Notes: generated from the letters alone by a model not told the origin. A stretch of 64,000 nt of DNA from an uncultured Poribacteria bacterium (GCA_951813565.1 OX638351.1:2880001-2944000); one strand, 5' to 3'; positions 42,091-52,936 are shown, counted from the first letter of the stretch. A program made the numbers and translations.

Positions 42091-43062
42091 TTAATCTGAA
42101 TCGAAAAGTGATTGCTGGACGGCATTATTGTGTCCTGCAATCTCAATAGACTCATCTGTTTTAGTGGAAATACATTTAACAATCTGTTCTGCGCCATTAA
42201 CTGGATTCAGACAATTCCCTCCTAACGCGATCAGCTCCGCGTTTCCACGTGGTGAATTGTCAAGGAGACTCGGATCAAGGACAAAAAGCGGTAGATCCAT
42301 GTCTAAAGTGGTTTTGGCAGCACTGAAGGTCCCACTCATTTTACCCTTTTCGTCTCGTTCAGTACCAGATTCAATCACTACAACTGCTTTAGAGAGTGCA
42401 CATACAAGTTTATTCCGAATCATTGCGTTGCTTGCTAACCACTTCACAGCGGGGTCAAATTGTGACACCACCAGTACATCTCGTTTCCAGTCAAATTCCT
42501 TAAATGACTTTTTCTGCTGCAATTCCTTGATGCCGTAAGGCAGCACTATTGTTGTTGTCCCTTCTACTTCTAACGCTCCTAAATGTGCTTCGGAATCTAC
42601 CCCTTTAGCGTATCCAGAGACAACATTTATACCTTTGTTCGCAAGATCACCAGCCAACTTTCTTGCAACGCTACTTCCTTTATCGGACACATTTCGTGCT
42701 CCAACAATTGCAACACTATCAAACATAAGACGTTTTCTTTGACCTTTAGTGAACAATACAGGAGAGATTTCAAGAAGATTAGGTGGAAAATCGGAATGCC
42801 CTGGATATATAATTTCAATTCCCAAATTTTTAAGTTGCTCATACTCCTCCAACACCTTCTCTCTATCCTCGTCGCGAATTTTACCGTTCAAAATTTTCGC
42901 CAATCCTGGAAATTGTGTTGAAAGGTCGTTTTGGTTACGCGGCAACATTTCAGGGTCAAGTTGCTGTGTTTCCAACATCTTGGCAATTGATGTGAGAGAT
43001 TTCGGACCAATACCCCGTGTCTTAAAGAGACGGAACCAAAAATAATCTCTGTTAATACTCAT
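42091..43062 (-). CDS. DprA/Smf-like protein
   Basis: 'VAIVGAR', 'VVSGYAKGVD...AH', 'RNKLVCALS...VIES...SGT'. Confidence 0.88.
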   Translation of the reverse strand: MSINRDYFWFRLFKTRGIGPKSLTSIAKMLETQQLDPEMLPRNQNDLSTQFPGLAKILNGKIRDEDREKVLEEYEQLKNLGIEIIYPGHSDFPPNLLEISPVLFTKGQRKRLMFDSVAIVGARNVSDKGSSVARKLAGDLANKGINVVSGYAKGVDSEAHLGALEVEGTTTIVLPYGIKELQQKKSFKEFDWKRDVLVVSQFDPAVKWLASNAMIRNKLVCALSKAVVVIESGTERDEKGKMSGTFSAAKTTLDMDLPLFVLDPSLLDNSPRGNAELIALGGNCLNPVNGAEQIVKCISTKTDESIEIAGHNNAVQQSLFDSD

Positions 43063-43703
43063 CTTTTCGTCCTTGTGTAGGTAAGCGTTAAAACAAGTAC
43101 ACGGGATATATTGCCTTGTTTCTGAAGAACATGAGTAATTTCGGTCAAGGTTTCACCAGATCTATAGATATCATCAAACAGAAGAACACAAGAATATGTC
43201 CTGTTTTTCGTATGAACAGCAAATGCCGCTTGTAGTTGTTCTTTTCTGCTATCTTCGCTCTCAATGCTTTTATGTTGTTTAGTTTCTTTTATCTTGATTA
43301 AATAGTCAACAGGTACCGGCAAACCCAGAATTTTACCCATTTTCACTGCAATTTCGATCACTGGTTGAAAATATCGATCTTGATCTGATGGTGGAGTCGG
43401 GATAATTGCTTTAACATAATCATAGACATAATGGTCATTAACCTTGAATTTCTTTTTGACAAATTTTGACGCAACTTCTGCTATAGGTTGAATGTTGGTA
43501 CGGTCATTAGTTTTTTTCGCATCATGATTTTTCAACCTATAAACCAATTCGCCAAGTTCTGTCCGAGTTGTGTCGAATTTCCCATCACCCAAGTGACGAC
43601 TTGAGATCGTATGGATATCCAAAGCCCAACCAGACCTCCAATTGCCGCGAATTTCTTGTGGATTGATACTTGACTTTTGGTCGGAACTATGAGTAGCCTC
43701 CAT
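43059..43703 (-). CDS. ComF-like type I phosphoribosyltransferase
   Basis: PRPP loop 'LLFDDIYRSGETL'; ATGA overlap with the DprA-like gene. Confidence 0.85.
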   Translation of the reverse strand: MEATHSSDQKSSINPQEIRGNWRSGWALDIHTISSRHLGDGKFDTTRTELGELVYRLKNHDAKKTNDRTNIQPIAEVASKFVKKKFKVNDHYVYDYVKAIIPTPPSDQDRYFQPVIEIAVKMGKILGLPVPVDYLIKIKETKQHKSIESEDSRKEQLQAAFAVHTKNRTYSCVLLFDDIYRSGETLTEITHVLQKQGNISRVLVLTLTYTRTKR

Positions 43704-43824
43704 AGATTAGTTTCTTTTTAGTTCGGTTTCACGCATAACCCTGAATATTTTTAAGAATACTCTAAAATTCATTTAGTGTCAAGGTTTTGTAAATCAAGCA
43801 GTTGTAATCACGATACAAGGTAAA

Positions 43825-44091
43825 CTATGCTTTTTTGTCTCTGCCGTGGTAAGGCTTTAGTTCTTGCCACTTGTTTTCATACCAAACCTCAAAACGAGTG
43901 ACCTCTATCCAATGGAGGAACATGGAAATAGTTTGTCTAAGCATGTCGTAATAAACCCATATTGAGTTTCCCCATTTCTTGATGTTCTTTGGATCTGCTT
44001 TGGCAATATTAAATCGGGTATTACTTTCTCGGAAAACTTTTGCCCTTGTGCCGGTTTTTGCCCATTTTTGTTCGTACACGCTATATAACAT
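43825..44091 (-). CDS. Small hypothetical protein
   Basis: Open frame co-oriented upstream of the PRTase; start uncertain. Confidence 0.45.
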   Translation of the reverse strand: MLYSVYEQKWAKTGTRAKVFRESNTRFNIAKADPKNIKKWGNSIWVYYDMLRQTISMFLHWIEVTRFEVWYENKWQELKPYHGRDKKA

Positions 44092-44335
44092 GTTAACGTT
44101 TATTTTCTCATAATGGTATAAAAATTTCAGATAATTGACCAATACAAAGCATTACTCTGCTATGTAATTACGTTCTTATAGGATGGTGAACGAAAATTCA
44201 AGATTTCTATACTGGACATCAAGAAGATTTTTGTTAAACTGCGGACAATTTTAAGCGTCTAATTAAGAAACTCATATCTGAAATGTGTACTCATAACAAT
44301 TCTTTCTCCCATTTTAGTTGGAGTGTGTAACCCGC

Positions 44336-47300
44336 ATGCGAAAAATAATGAAAAAATCAGATGAAAGCGATCCTCCCTCAATAGTTTGTAAACGCAAATG
44401 TTTGTCCACTCCTACAGTAGCATATATCTTGTTACTGATACCTCTACTTCTGATTATCGGCTGTGGTCCATTAGGAATAACTGACCCGCAATCCGATACG
44501 CCCTACGCAGATTCCCGCCCAAATTCAAAACCGAAAAAGACATGGCCAGTGAAACGCACGCTTATCAGCAACGAAGTCAACTGTATCGCTGCCGATTCAG
44601 ACAATGTATGGATTGCAACAGCGAGAGGAGTTTCTCGCTGGGAACGCACACAAGACAGATGGCTCCACTACACAATGGAAGACGGATTAGCAAATGATAT
44701 GGTCAACGCTGTTGCGGTTGATGGAAAATGGGTTTGGTTTGCAACAGATGAAGGTGTGAGTCGATACGACAGCGAAACCGACACCTTTTCAACTTTTCGT
44801 AGCATAGACGGACTCGCAAGTGATCAGGTTTCCTCCATCGCTGTGGATGGGAACTACGTCTGGTTCGGAACATCTGACGGACTGAACCGATATGATAAAA
44901 CGATTGACAGTTGGGCAGTCCGCACGAGAAAAGATGGCTTAGTTAGCAGGATAATTACAACAATCGCTGTCGAGCCTGAGTATGTCTGGGTCGGCACTGA
45001 CAGAGAAATAAACCCTGATCCGCACGGATGGGATGAAGATCCGAGATTCAGCAAAGGTGGTGTGAGTCGGTATCACCGAGACACCGATTCTTGGAATAAC
45101 TATACAAGATCAGATGGTTTGATAGACAATGAAATCGCCACCATTGCTGTGGATGATGACAGTGTTTGGTTTGGCACACAACATAGAGGTGTTAGTCAAT
45201 ACAATCAGGTTGACCAAACTTTCGTGAAAACGTTCACCAAAACCGATCTGCTGAAAAGCAATTTCATCTCCTCTATCCGTGCTGACGGGTTTCAGGTTTG
45301 GTTTGGGACTGCCAATGCGGGCGTGCATCGCTTCATCAAACCTGTCAATACTTGGGTACATTATACTAAAGTAGACGGGTTGGCGAGTAATAATGTGAGC
45401 TGGATTACCACACAAGGTAATGATGTTTGGTTTGCAAGTAAAGAAGATGGCGTGAGCCGTTTTGATAAGGTAACCGGTAAATGGACAATTTACAAGCAAG
45501 CGGATTTTCTGGCGGATAACGATGTTCGGGATATAGCACGTGATGCCGATGGAAACCTCTGGATAGCAACAGTCGCTGGAGTCTCGGTTTACACTCCCGA
45601 AACGCGTAGTTGGGAGGTTATCTCTAAAGAAGATGGACTGCCAACCCCTTACGTCATGGCAGTAGATATAGTGTCACAATCGTCTGAATCTAAATTGAGC
45701 AAGTTAAGCAAAATATCAAAGGGACAGATATGGATCGGCACAGCGCGAGGACTCGGTTCATGCACACACTTTGGTGGTCAGTGGACATTCCACCGTCCCG
45801 CTCAAGGGGAAGCCTTTGTAACAGTAGTCGCTACTGGCAGGGGTTCAGACAATATCATTGACGCAGGACAGATATGGCTTGGAACGAATTTAGGTCCTGC
45901 AATGTATGACACAAACTCTCAAGAATGGACACAACTAACGTTACCAGATGCCCCCAAGAATCCGCTTATATTGTCTCTTCTTATTCATGATGAAAATGTC
46001 TGGTTCAGTGGTGTAGAAGGTGTTTGGCGATATTCAGTTGTGGATAAACAGATGCATCAAGTTACTGAAGGACTAAAAAACCCTTACGTTAACGTGCTGC
46101 TTGCTGTAGACAACGTGCTTTGGGCGGGGACCCAGGAAGGTCTCGCAAAATATGGCAACAAACAACAGCGTTGGACACTTGTTTCCTTTGAGGATGAATC
46201 GAAAGAACAATCACCATCTCCAAGTATCACAGCACTTGCATATCAAGAAGGCGTGCTTTGGGTTGGAACACCGCAAGGATTAGGAAGTTACACGATAGCA
46301 ACTGAAAAGTGGAATCCTCCCAAAAAATCACACAATATTCGCGACATTATGTGTGATGAAGATGGCAAACTTTGGTTAGCAACCTCTACAGGTCTCGTTG
46401 AATATCACATATCAAGTGGTGAAAAGGTGACACACCTATCCCGTCCGGTGCGGGAACCCTTACTTGAAACGAGGATTTCACACATCAAATTTGATGGGGA
46501 TTACATCTGGTTTTCTAACTGGAGGACTTCGCGAAACGGCGGAATTCTAAGGTTTCACCGTCCAACAAAAACTTGGCAGCGTTTCACACGATTAGATATT
46601 TTTCAGTCTACTCAGAAAAAAACGATGACAGTGTTGCGTTGGACTTATATAGATAAAGATGCTGTTTGGTTCACAACAGACTACGGTGTGCTTCGCTACG
46701 ATAAATCAAGGGATACATGGCAACATTTTACAATGAAAGACGGGCTTTCTGTGGACGATTTGGACAAGATTGCTGTCAGTGAAAAGAGTGTATGGGTAGT
46801 TCCGATGATGGGTATGGAGTTGAACCGTTACGATAAAGCAACTGACACATGGGAGATTATCACCCAACCTGAAAGGAGAGAACATAGGGAAAGCTTAAGA
46901 GGATTTGCTGTTGATGGACCGGAGGTATGGTTCGGTTCAGGAGACGCTCTCACGCGCTACAATGATGATACTAAAGAGTGGAAGGAATATAGACCGGCAG
47001 ATGGTTTGGCAGGCAGGGGTGCCGAATGGATTACAATTGACAAAGATTTCGTCTGGGTTGCGCGATCCGAATGGGATAGAGGCAGCAATCGTCCATTGTC
47101 ACGATACGATAAGAAAACAAAGAAATGGGCGACGTTCTCCACAAATGACGTGCTTGCTGCAAAAAACATTAAACGTATTATCGCAACAGAGAACGATGTT
47201 TGGATACAATACAGACCTTGGGATAACGTTGTAACCCGATATGATAGGCGCAATAAGGAATGGACTACCATCACCTCTGGTCGTGGAACGCTTGAACTTG

Positions 47301-48550
47301 CTGCAGATGATGACTATCTCTGGTTAGCCGCACCGAATGAGGGGCTGCGGCGGTTTCATTTTTCTTCAGGCACTTGGACAACATTCAAAGATGTCAAAGG
47401 ATTGCTGCATAATCATGTTGGCGAGTATGGACTTGCAGTCGATGAAGATTATGTATGGGTTGGAACAATACGTGGGCTTTCTCGTTATGACAAACATCGG
47501 GAATCCTGGATGCCTCTTGCGCCTTTGCCGACTCTTTCAGGACGTACCGTCCGCACAGTGGATACAGATGAGCGTTTCGTGTGGGTTGGAACGGATAGGG
47601 GGTTGTCTCGATATGATAAGGATTTGGGCACGTGGAAAAACTATAAACAGACGGGTGGATCCGAGGAAATAGCAACGCACAATGGACACTGGCATCGCCA
47701 TAGACCCAAATCACGCGGTATGCTCTCCGATAATGCTGTGAGTTCTATCGTTGCTGATGAACAATATGTGTGGGTAGGCACCCGAGACGGTGCGAACCGA
47801 TTTGATAAAATCGCACTTCGATGGGACCAATACAAAACTGAACATGGTTTACCCGCTAACAATGTGACATCTGTCAGCACCGATGGAAACAACATCTGGG
47901 TTGGTACACATTCTGGGATAGGAAAGTATCCGCGAACCGCTGATGACCTCAATGCTTGGATTGCTTATACTTCTGGGACTGAAATTCAACCTTCTGCTGT
48001 GTCTAAGGAGTTTGCTGAGTCATTGGTTACCGATGAAATATGGTGTATCACAGCGAGTAAAAGACATGTCTGGGTTGGCACACGCCGAGGCGTGAGTAAA
48101 TACGATATTGGTCGGGACATCTGGAAAACAATCACAGCAGTAGATGGTCTTGCCAGCGATGAGGTCAGTTGTATCGCCGTTGATGGTGAACGCATCTGGT
48201 TTGGTAGTGATCGCGGGGTAACGTTTTACAATGAAAAAACAGAAGATTGGCGCGCCTATACAACCAAGGACGGTCTCGCAAGTGACAAGATTACGACTAT
48301 CGGTGTTGATGGGACTGATGTATGGATCGGCACTTACAACGCTGGGATCAGTCGGTACGACCAACTGAAAAATAGCTGGGCAACTTACACACGAGAAGAT
48401 GGCTTGGCACATAACGGCATACTTTCTATGGCAATCGGTAGTACGTACGTATGGTTTGGTACCTATCGCGGATTGAGCCGTTTTGATAAACGCACAGGCA
48501 TTTGGACAACCTTCACAGAGGCTTACGGTCCAGAGGACATTTTAAGATAG
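44336..48550 (+). CDS. Large lipoprotein made of Reg_prop-type beta-propeller repeats
   Basis: Lipobox 'IIGC'; many 'YTxxDGLxxNxVxxIAVDxxxVWFGTxxGLSRYD' units; start uncertain. Confidence 0.85.
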   Translation: MRKIMKKSDESDPPSIVCKRKCLSTPTVAYILLLIPLLLIIGCGPLGITDPQSDTPYADSRPNSKPKKTWPVKRTLISNEVNCIAADSDNVWIATARGVSRWERTQDRWLHYTMEDGLANDMVNAVAVDGKWVWFATDEGVSRYDSETDTFSTFRSIDGLASDQVSSIAVDGNYVWFGTSDGLNRYDKTIDSWAVRTRKDGLVSRIITTIAVEPEYVWVGTDREINPDPHGWDEDPRFSKGGVSRYHRDTDSWNNYTRSDGLIDNEIATIAVDDDSVWFGTQHRGVSQYNQVDQTFVKTFTKTDLLKSNFISSIRADGFQVWFGTANAGVHRFIKPVNTWVHYTKVDGLASNNVSWITTQGNDVWFASKEDGVSRFDKVTGKWTIYKQADFLADNDVRDIARDADGNLWIATVAGVSVYTPETRSWEVISKEDGLPTPYVMAVDIVSQSSESKLSKLSKISKGQIWIGTARGLGSCTHFGGQWTFHRPAQGEAFVTVVATGRGSDNIIDAGQIWLGTNLGPAMYDTNSQEWTQLTLPDAPKNPLILSLLIHDENVWFSGVEGVWRYSVVDKQMHQVTEGLKNPYVNVLLAVDNVLWAGTQEGLAKYGNKQQRWTLVSFEDESKEQSPSPSITALAYQEGVLWVGTPQGLGSYTIATEKWNPPKKSHNIRDIMCDEDGKLWLATSTGLVEYHISSGEKVTHLSRPVREPLLETRISHIKFDGDYIWFSNWRTSRNGGILRFHRPTKTWQRFTRLDIFQSTQKKTMTVLRWTYIDKDAVWFTTDYGVLRYDKSRDTWQHFTMKDGLSVDDLDKIAVSEKSVWVVPMMGMELNRYDKATDTWEIITQPERREHRESLRGFAVDGPEVWFGSGDALTRYNDDTKEWKEYRPADGLAGRGAEWITIDKDFVWVARSEWDRGSNRPLSRYDKKTKKWATFSTNDVLAAKNIKRIIATENDVWIQYRPWDNVVTRYDRRNKEWTTITSGRGTLELAADDDYLWLAAPNEGLRRFHFSSGTWTTFKDVKGLLHNHVGEYGLAVDEDYVWVGTIRGLSRYDKHRESWMPLAPLPTLSGRTVRTVDTDERFVWVGTDRGLSRYDKDLGTWKNYKQTGGSEEIATHNGHWHRHRPKSRGMLSDNAVSSIVADEQYVWVGTRDGANRFDKIALRWDQYKTEHGLPANNVTSVSTDGNNIWVGTHSGIGKYPRTADDLNAWIAYTSGTEIQPSAVSKEFAESLVTDEIWCITASKRHVWVGTRRGVSKYDIGRDIWKTITAVDGLASDEVSCIAVDGERIWFGSDRGVTFYNEKTEDWRAYTTKDGLASDKITTIGVDGTDVWIGTYNAGISRYDQLKNSWATYTREDGLAHNGILSMAIGSTYVWFGTYRGLSRFDKRTGIWTTFTEAYGPEDILR

Positions 48551-48584
48551 CCAATAGTGTCAGTCTATTTAGTGTATTATATCT

Positions 48585-49490
48585 TTTGTAGGAGGGCTTT
48601 CTAAGCCCGATTTTATAGGGTGAGACTTACAAAGGTTTCCACACCTCCTGGTAGGCGCGTTTTGTAAACGCGCCGTTTATGGTGTCTTAAGTCAGTCTGG
48701 GTTGGACTCGGCGCGTTTACATGGAGATTAAGAAAATATTTCGGTAATTCTAATTTTTCCCAAACCCGGTAGGTGCGTTTTCCCAACCGCACTGGATCTT
48801 TCTCCAAAATTACCGAATTAATAAATTAATCTTCATCAAAGCGCGCCTACCGCTTGCGTATTTTACACGTAAGGTGGGTGTGTAAATATTTTAGCATTAA
48901 CCATGTTGCTTTTCTTGTAGGAGGGCTTTGTCCGCCCGATAAATTCAAATCAACGATGAATAGACTTGTAGTATTCATCGGGGTTGAAAACCCGCCAAAT
49001 GCCAAAAAGCGCATTTGGCGTTGATTTGGCAGCATGCCGGACGGGGAATGCCAAATGGTATTCATACCCGGTGAATGCCTAAAGACGAATGCGCCAAATC
49101 AACGGTCCGAATGCGCTTTGGCATTCCCCGTATGGCATTCGCCATGATTCATACCGTTGATTTCTTGATTTGGCGCATGCTGCGTTGATTTGGCTAAATG
49201 CCAAAGCGCATTTAGCGTTGATTCACTCCCACAAGAGGATATATCGATATATCCTAAAATTGACACCTATGGGTAGAGCGAAGCGAAACCCAACGATATA
49301 GGAGGCGCAATGAATCGCTCGACTACAAACGTTTCGCGAGCTGGAGCTTGTTCCTACAGGAAGAAAGAGGCGCAATGAATTGCGCGACTACAAACGCTGA
49401 TACTCTTAAAATCCGCGCCATCTGCGTAACCCGCGCTAATCCGTGATTCAGACAAAATTGAATTTCGCTTACGCTCTACCTAACCTACGA
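48585..49490. repeat. Dense cluster of GTAG-REP hairpins, MITE ends and nested micro-elements
   Basis: GTAGGAGGGCTTT, GTAGGCGCG, GGTAGGTGCG, GGGTAGAGCGAAGCGAAACCC and others. Confidence 0.8.
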
Positions 49491-49511
49491 ACTGCTTAGA
49501 CCAAGAAAAAT

Positions 49512-51257
49512 ATGTCTTTAGTAACAATAAACCGTGTAACAAAACGTTATGACCCAGACTTAATTCTGGACGATATTTCAGCCGCAATTGCGCCTGGAGA
49601 CCGAATTGGGTTAATTGGCCGTAACGGATGTGGAAAAACAACGTTACTTAAAATTATAGGCGGTATGCTCACCGATTTCAAAGGGAATGTCGTTCTGGCA
49701 AAGGGGCGACGTATGGGATACTTAAGCCAAGAACCGGAGTTGGAACATGACTGCACGTTACGCCAGGAAATGCTTAAGGTTTTTGAAGAACGGCTTGCCC
49801 TTGAAGATAAAATGCTCATGCTTGCAGAGGAGATGGAAAAACAAGAAACGCCACACTTCTTAGCGCAGTACGCGCGCATTCAGGAAAAGCATGAACAACT
49901 CGGCGGTTACGACTATGAACATCGGATAAATCGCGTACTTGGTGGTTTAGGTTTTATCGAACAGGACTTCAATTTACCGGTCAGCGTCCTGAGTGGCGGC
50001 CAAAAGAGTAGGGCGACGTTAGCAAAACTGCTCCTTGAAGAACCAGACTTGTTGCTTCTTGACGAACCGACGAATCACCTTGACATCAACGGAATTGAAT
50101 GGCTGGAAAATTATCTCAATACCGAATATAACGGTGGAGTCCTCGTTGTTTCTCACGATAGATTTTTTTTGGATAAAGTCGTTCGAAAGGTGTGGGAACT
50201 CACTGAAAATAAAATAAATATCTATCGAGGCAACTATTCCAAGTTCTTGGAAATTAAAAATGTTGAGCGACTCGTTGACCAACGCGCATTCAAAATACAA
50301 CAGGCGTTTATTGCACAGGAAGATAAGTTCATTGAGCGTAATATAGCCGGACAGCGGACTCGCGAAGCACAGGGAAGACGGAAAAAACTGGAACGGTTGG
50401 AAAAAGTTGAAAAACCGAAACCCGATGCGCCAACGTTGAAACTCAACTTCACACGAGGAACACGCGGTGGAGATGATATTCTACGTTGTCAAAACGTTAG
50501 CAAACAGTTTGGCGATAAGGTGTTATTCAAAAACCTGAGTTTTGACATCTACCGTGGTGATGTTGTCGGGATCATGGGACCGAACGGTACCGGAAAAACG
50601 ACACTTTTCCGAATGATTTTGGGGCAGGAACAACCCACGCAAGGCGACCTTTGGGTCGGTCCCGGCCTTAAACTTGGATATTATACGCAAGAATTGGAAG
50701 GGCTCAATCTGGATAATGAAATCATGCACGAAGTCTGGGCACTTTGTCCAGAGCAGACACAGCAGCAGGTTAGGAGTTTTTTAGCAAAATTCCTCTTTCG
50801 CGGGGATGACGTGTTTAAACAGATTGGAATCTTGAGTGGAGGTGAACAGAGCCGCGTTCAACTTGCGAAACTGCTATTGGAAAACGCTAATGTGCTTCTA
50901 CTTGATGAACCAACAAATCATCTGGATATTCCAGCACGCGAGGCACTCGAAAAAGCACTCGCCAGCTATCCCGCCACACAATTTATTATCTCTCATGACC
51001 GCTACCTTTTGAATAGTTTAGCGACTAAACTACTAATTTTTGACATCACAAAAGAGGGAACAGAAACACGCTTTTTCGAAGGCACCTATGCCGAATATGA
51101 AGCAGAGCAACAGAGACAAGTTGTTGATACAGAGCAGGAACACCAAGAGAATCAGCAATCTGAAAGTGTTCAAAACAGGACAACACCGAAACGAAATAAG
51201 TCAAAATCTAAGCGAAAACGGAAAATGAAGGCACAACGTTTGGTTGGAAGCAATTAA
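49512..51257 (+). CDS. ABC-F family ATPase
   Basis: Two ABC cassettes (GRNGCGKT, GPNGTGKT, LSGG, LDEPTNHLD); no TM segments. Confidence 0.95.
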   Translation: MSLVTINRVTKRYDPDLILDDISAAIAPGDRIGLIGRNGCGKTTLLKIIGGMLTDFKGNVVLAKGRRMGYLSQEPELEHDCTLRQEMLKVFEERLALEDKMLMLAEEMEKQETPHFLAQYARIQEKHEQLGGYDYEHRINRVLGGLGFIEQDFNLPVSVLSGGQKSRATLAKLLLEEPDLLLLDEPTNHLDINGIEWLENYLNTEYNGGVLVVSHDRFFLDKVVRKVWELTENKINIYRGNYSKFLEIKNVERLVDQRAFKIQQAFIAQEDKFIERNIAGQRTREAQGRRKKLERLEKVEKPKPDAPTLKLNFTRGTRGGDDILRCQNVSKQFGDKVLFKNLSFDIYRGDVVGIMGPNGTGKTTLFRMILGQEQPTQGDLWVGPGLKLGYYTQELEGLNLDNEIMHEVWALCPEQTQQQVRSFLAKFLFRGDDVFKQIGILSGGEQSRVQLAKLLLENANVLLLDEPTNHLDIPAREALEKALASYPATQFIISHDRYLLNSLATKLLIFDITKEGTETRFFEGTYAEYEAEQQRQVVDTEQEHQENQQSESVQNRTTPKRNKSKSKRKRKMKAQRLVGSN

Positions 51258-51301
51258 ATTCGGTAATTTTCTATAAAATTCCTCTTTTTCACACTTTTAA
51301 T

Positions 51302-51346
51302 TTGACATTCGTGAAAAATTAATATATAATTTATGTCGTATACGAC
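51302..51346 (+). promoter_or_regulatory. Sigma-70 promoter with a palindromic operator
   Basis: Exact TTGACA-N17-TATAAT, then GTCGTATACGAC at 51335-51346. Confidence 0.8.
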
Positions 51347-51379
51347 GGAATATACCTCTGACATAGGACGTATTTGAAA

Positions 51380-52258
51380 ATGTCTAAAAACCATGAGTTT
51401 AATCAAGAAATTGATGTTGTCATGCGTGTGATGCGTCATGCGCAAGCGGCAGTCAAATCAAGGTTTATACAGGAAGTTGTCCCCAGTCGCCTGACAATTG
51501 TCCAGTTCAATGCATTACAACATCTTCATTGGTATGGTCGAGAATCAGGCATGTCCGTCAGTGAGTTAGGTGAGCATTTAGGCCTTGCCCACAATACAGT
51601 CTCAGGCTTAGTCAGTCGGCTTGAGAAACATGGTTGGGTTGTCCGTCGTAAATGTGATAAAGATCGGAGGCGCGCCCGCATTCAACTAACACCGCAATCT
51701 GAACAACTTTTCCGAGAACGGGTGAAACACGCTACAGACTTTTGGCAACACACCTTTGGTCAACTTTCCACTGCAGATCAGGAAAACCTGATTGGGAGTC
51801 TAAAAAAGCTGAAACAGGTGATGGCAAAACCGGTGTGGCCAAGTTATGCACAGTTACACCCACGCGATGCGGACCATTTACGAGAAAAGTTTGAAACGGA
51901 ACTTGACGAACTTGCGCAAGCAAAACTAAAACTCGTCGGAATACGTTTAATTCTCGCCCGAATCGCGGAAAAACGGAATGAACACGAACTTGCTGCGTAC
52001 CTGAACCAAGCTGCCTCCGAAGAGATTCGACATACAAACCAGTTGTTCACACTACTCGGTCATGGTGAACATTTTGACAGACTTCTCTCGGCACTTATTG
52101 ATGAAGACCAGATTGTCTATGAGGAGTTGTTAACCTTACTTGATAATGCCCCATGTACAGAGGATGATGAAGAATTAAACCTGCTTCAACAAATGCTTCA
52201 AGATAGCCACAGATATAGACGATGGTTTCGCGATGTTCACAAGCAAACAAATCGGTGA
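51380..52258 (+). CDS. MarR regulator with a C-terminal ferritin/rubrerythrin-like domain
   Basis: 'HNTVSGLVSRLEKHGWV...DRR'; helical C-terminus with 'EEIRH'. Confidence 0.8.
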   Translation: MSKNHEFNQEIDVVMRVMRHAQAAVKSRFIQEVVPSRLTIVQFNALQHLHWYGRESGMSVSELGEHLGLAHNTVSGLVSRLEKHGWVVRRKCDKDRRRARIQLTPQSEQLFRERVKHATDFWQHTFGQLSTADQENLIGSLKKLKQVMAKPVWPSYAQLHPRDADHLREKFETELDELAQAKLKLVGIRLILARIAEKRNEHELAAYLNQAASEEIRHTNQLFTLLGHGEHFDRLLSALIDEDQIVYEELLTLLDNAPCTEDDEELNLLQQMLQDSHRYRRWFRDVHKQTNR

Positions 52259-52321
52259 CTTCTATTCTATCAACGGCGGTCTGAGTTTCAGTTTCCGGCC
52301 GATGACACTTAAGAGGAGAAC

Positions 52322-52936
52322 ATGCAGTCCCAAAGCCCCGAAAGTATTCCTCCAGCATGTAATGATGATGCCCAACTGATAGAACAATTTCAGAGCGGCG
52401 ATACGGATGTGTTTAATACACTCTTTACTCGCTACCAGAAACGCACTTATCGGTTAGTTCAGCGTTTTGTTCCTAATCATGAAGATGCCCTTGATATTAC
52501 GCAAGATGCGTTTATTCGCGCTTACCAAGGGCTGAGTGATTTTAAGAGCCAGTGCCAGTTCTATAGTTGGCTTTACCGAATTACAGTCAATCTCTGCATT
52601 GATTTTTTACGGAAAAAAGCGCGCTCGGAAGTGATGGTATACGAATCCGACGAATCGGATGAATTGCCGATGGCAAATTTCCCCGATTTACGTTCAGATT
52701 CTCCTGCCAAAGCTGCTGAGAATAAAGAACTCAGAGTCCAGATTCGGAAGGCGATTCGTCAGTTGCCGCCGAAGCAACGGCAAATTTTTATCCTGCGTCA
52801 CTGGGACGGATTATCCCTAAAAGATATTGCAACTGCGGTTGGCAGATCGGATGGAACAGTCAAAGCCCACCTGTTCCATGCACATCGTAATCTCCGCAAA
52901 CATCTACGTTCTTACCTGAAGGAATCAGATGTTTAA
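52322..52936 (+). CDS. ECF sigma factor
   Basis: 'DALDITQDAFIRAY', 'FYSWLYRITVN', 'GTVKAHLFHA'. Confidence 0.93.
   Translation: MQSQSPESIPPACNDDAQLIEQFQSGDTDVFNTLFTRYQKRTYRLVQRFVPNHEDALDITQDAFIRAYQGLSDFKSQCQFYSWLYRITVNLCIDFLRKKARSEVMVYESDESDELPMANFPDLRSDSPAKAAENKELRVQIRKAIRQLPPKQRQIFILRHWDGLSLKDIATAVGRSDGTVKAHLFHAHRNLRKHLRSYLKESDV

Noticed and set aside
48585..49490. CRISPR array
   Set aside because: Repeats are heterogeneous, nested and irregularly spaced, with no unique spacers and no cas genes
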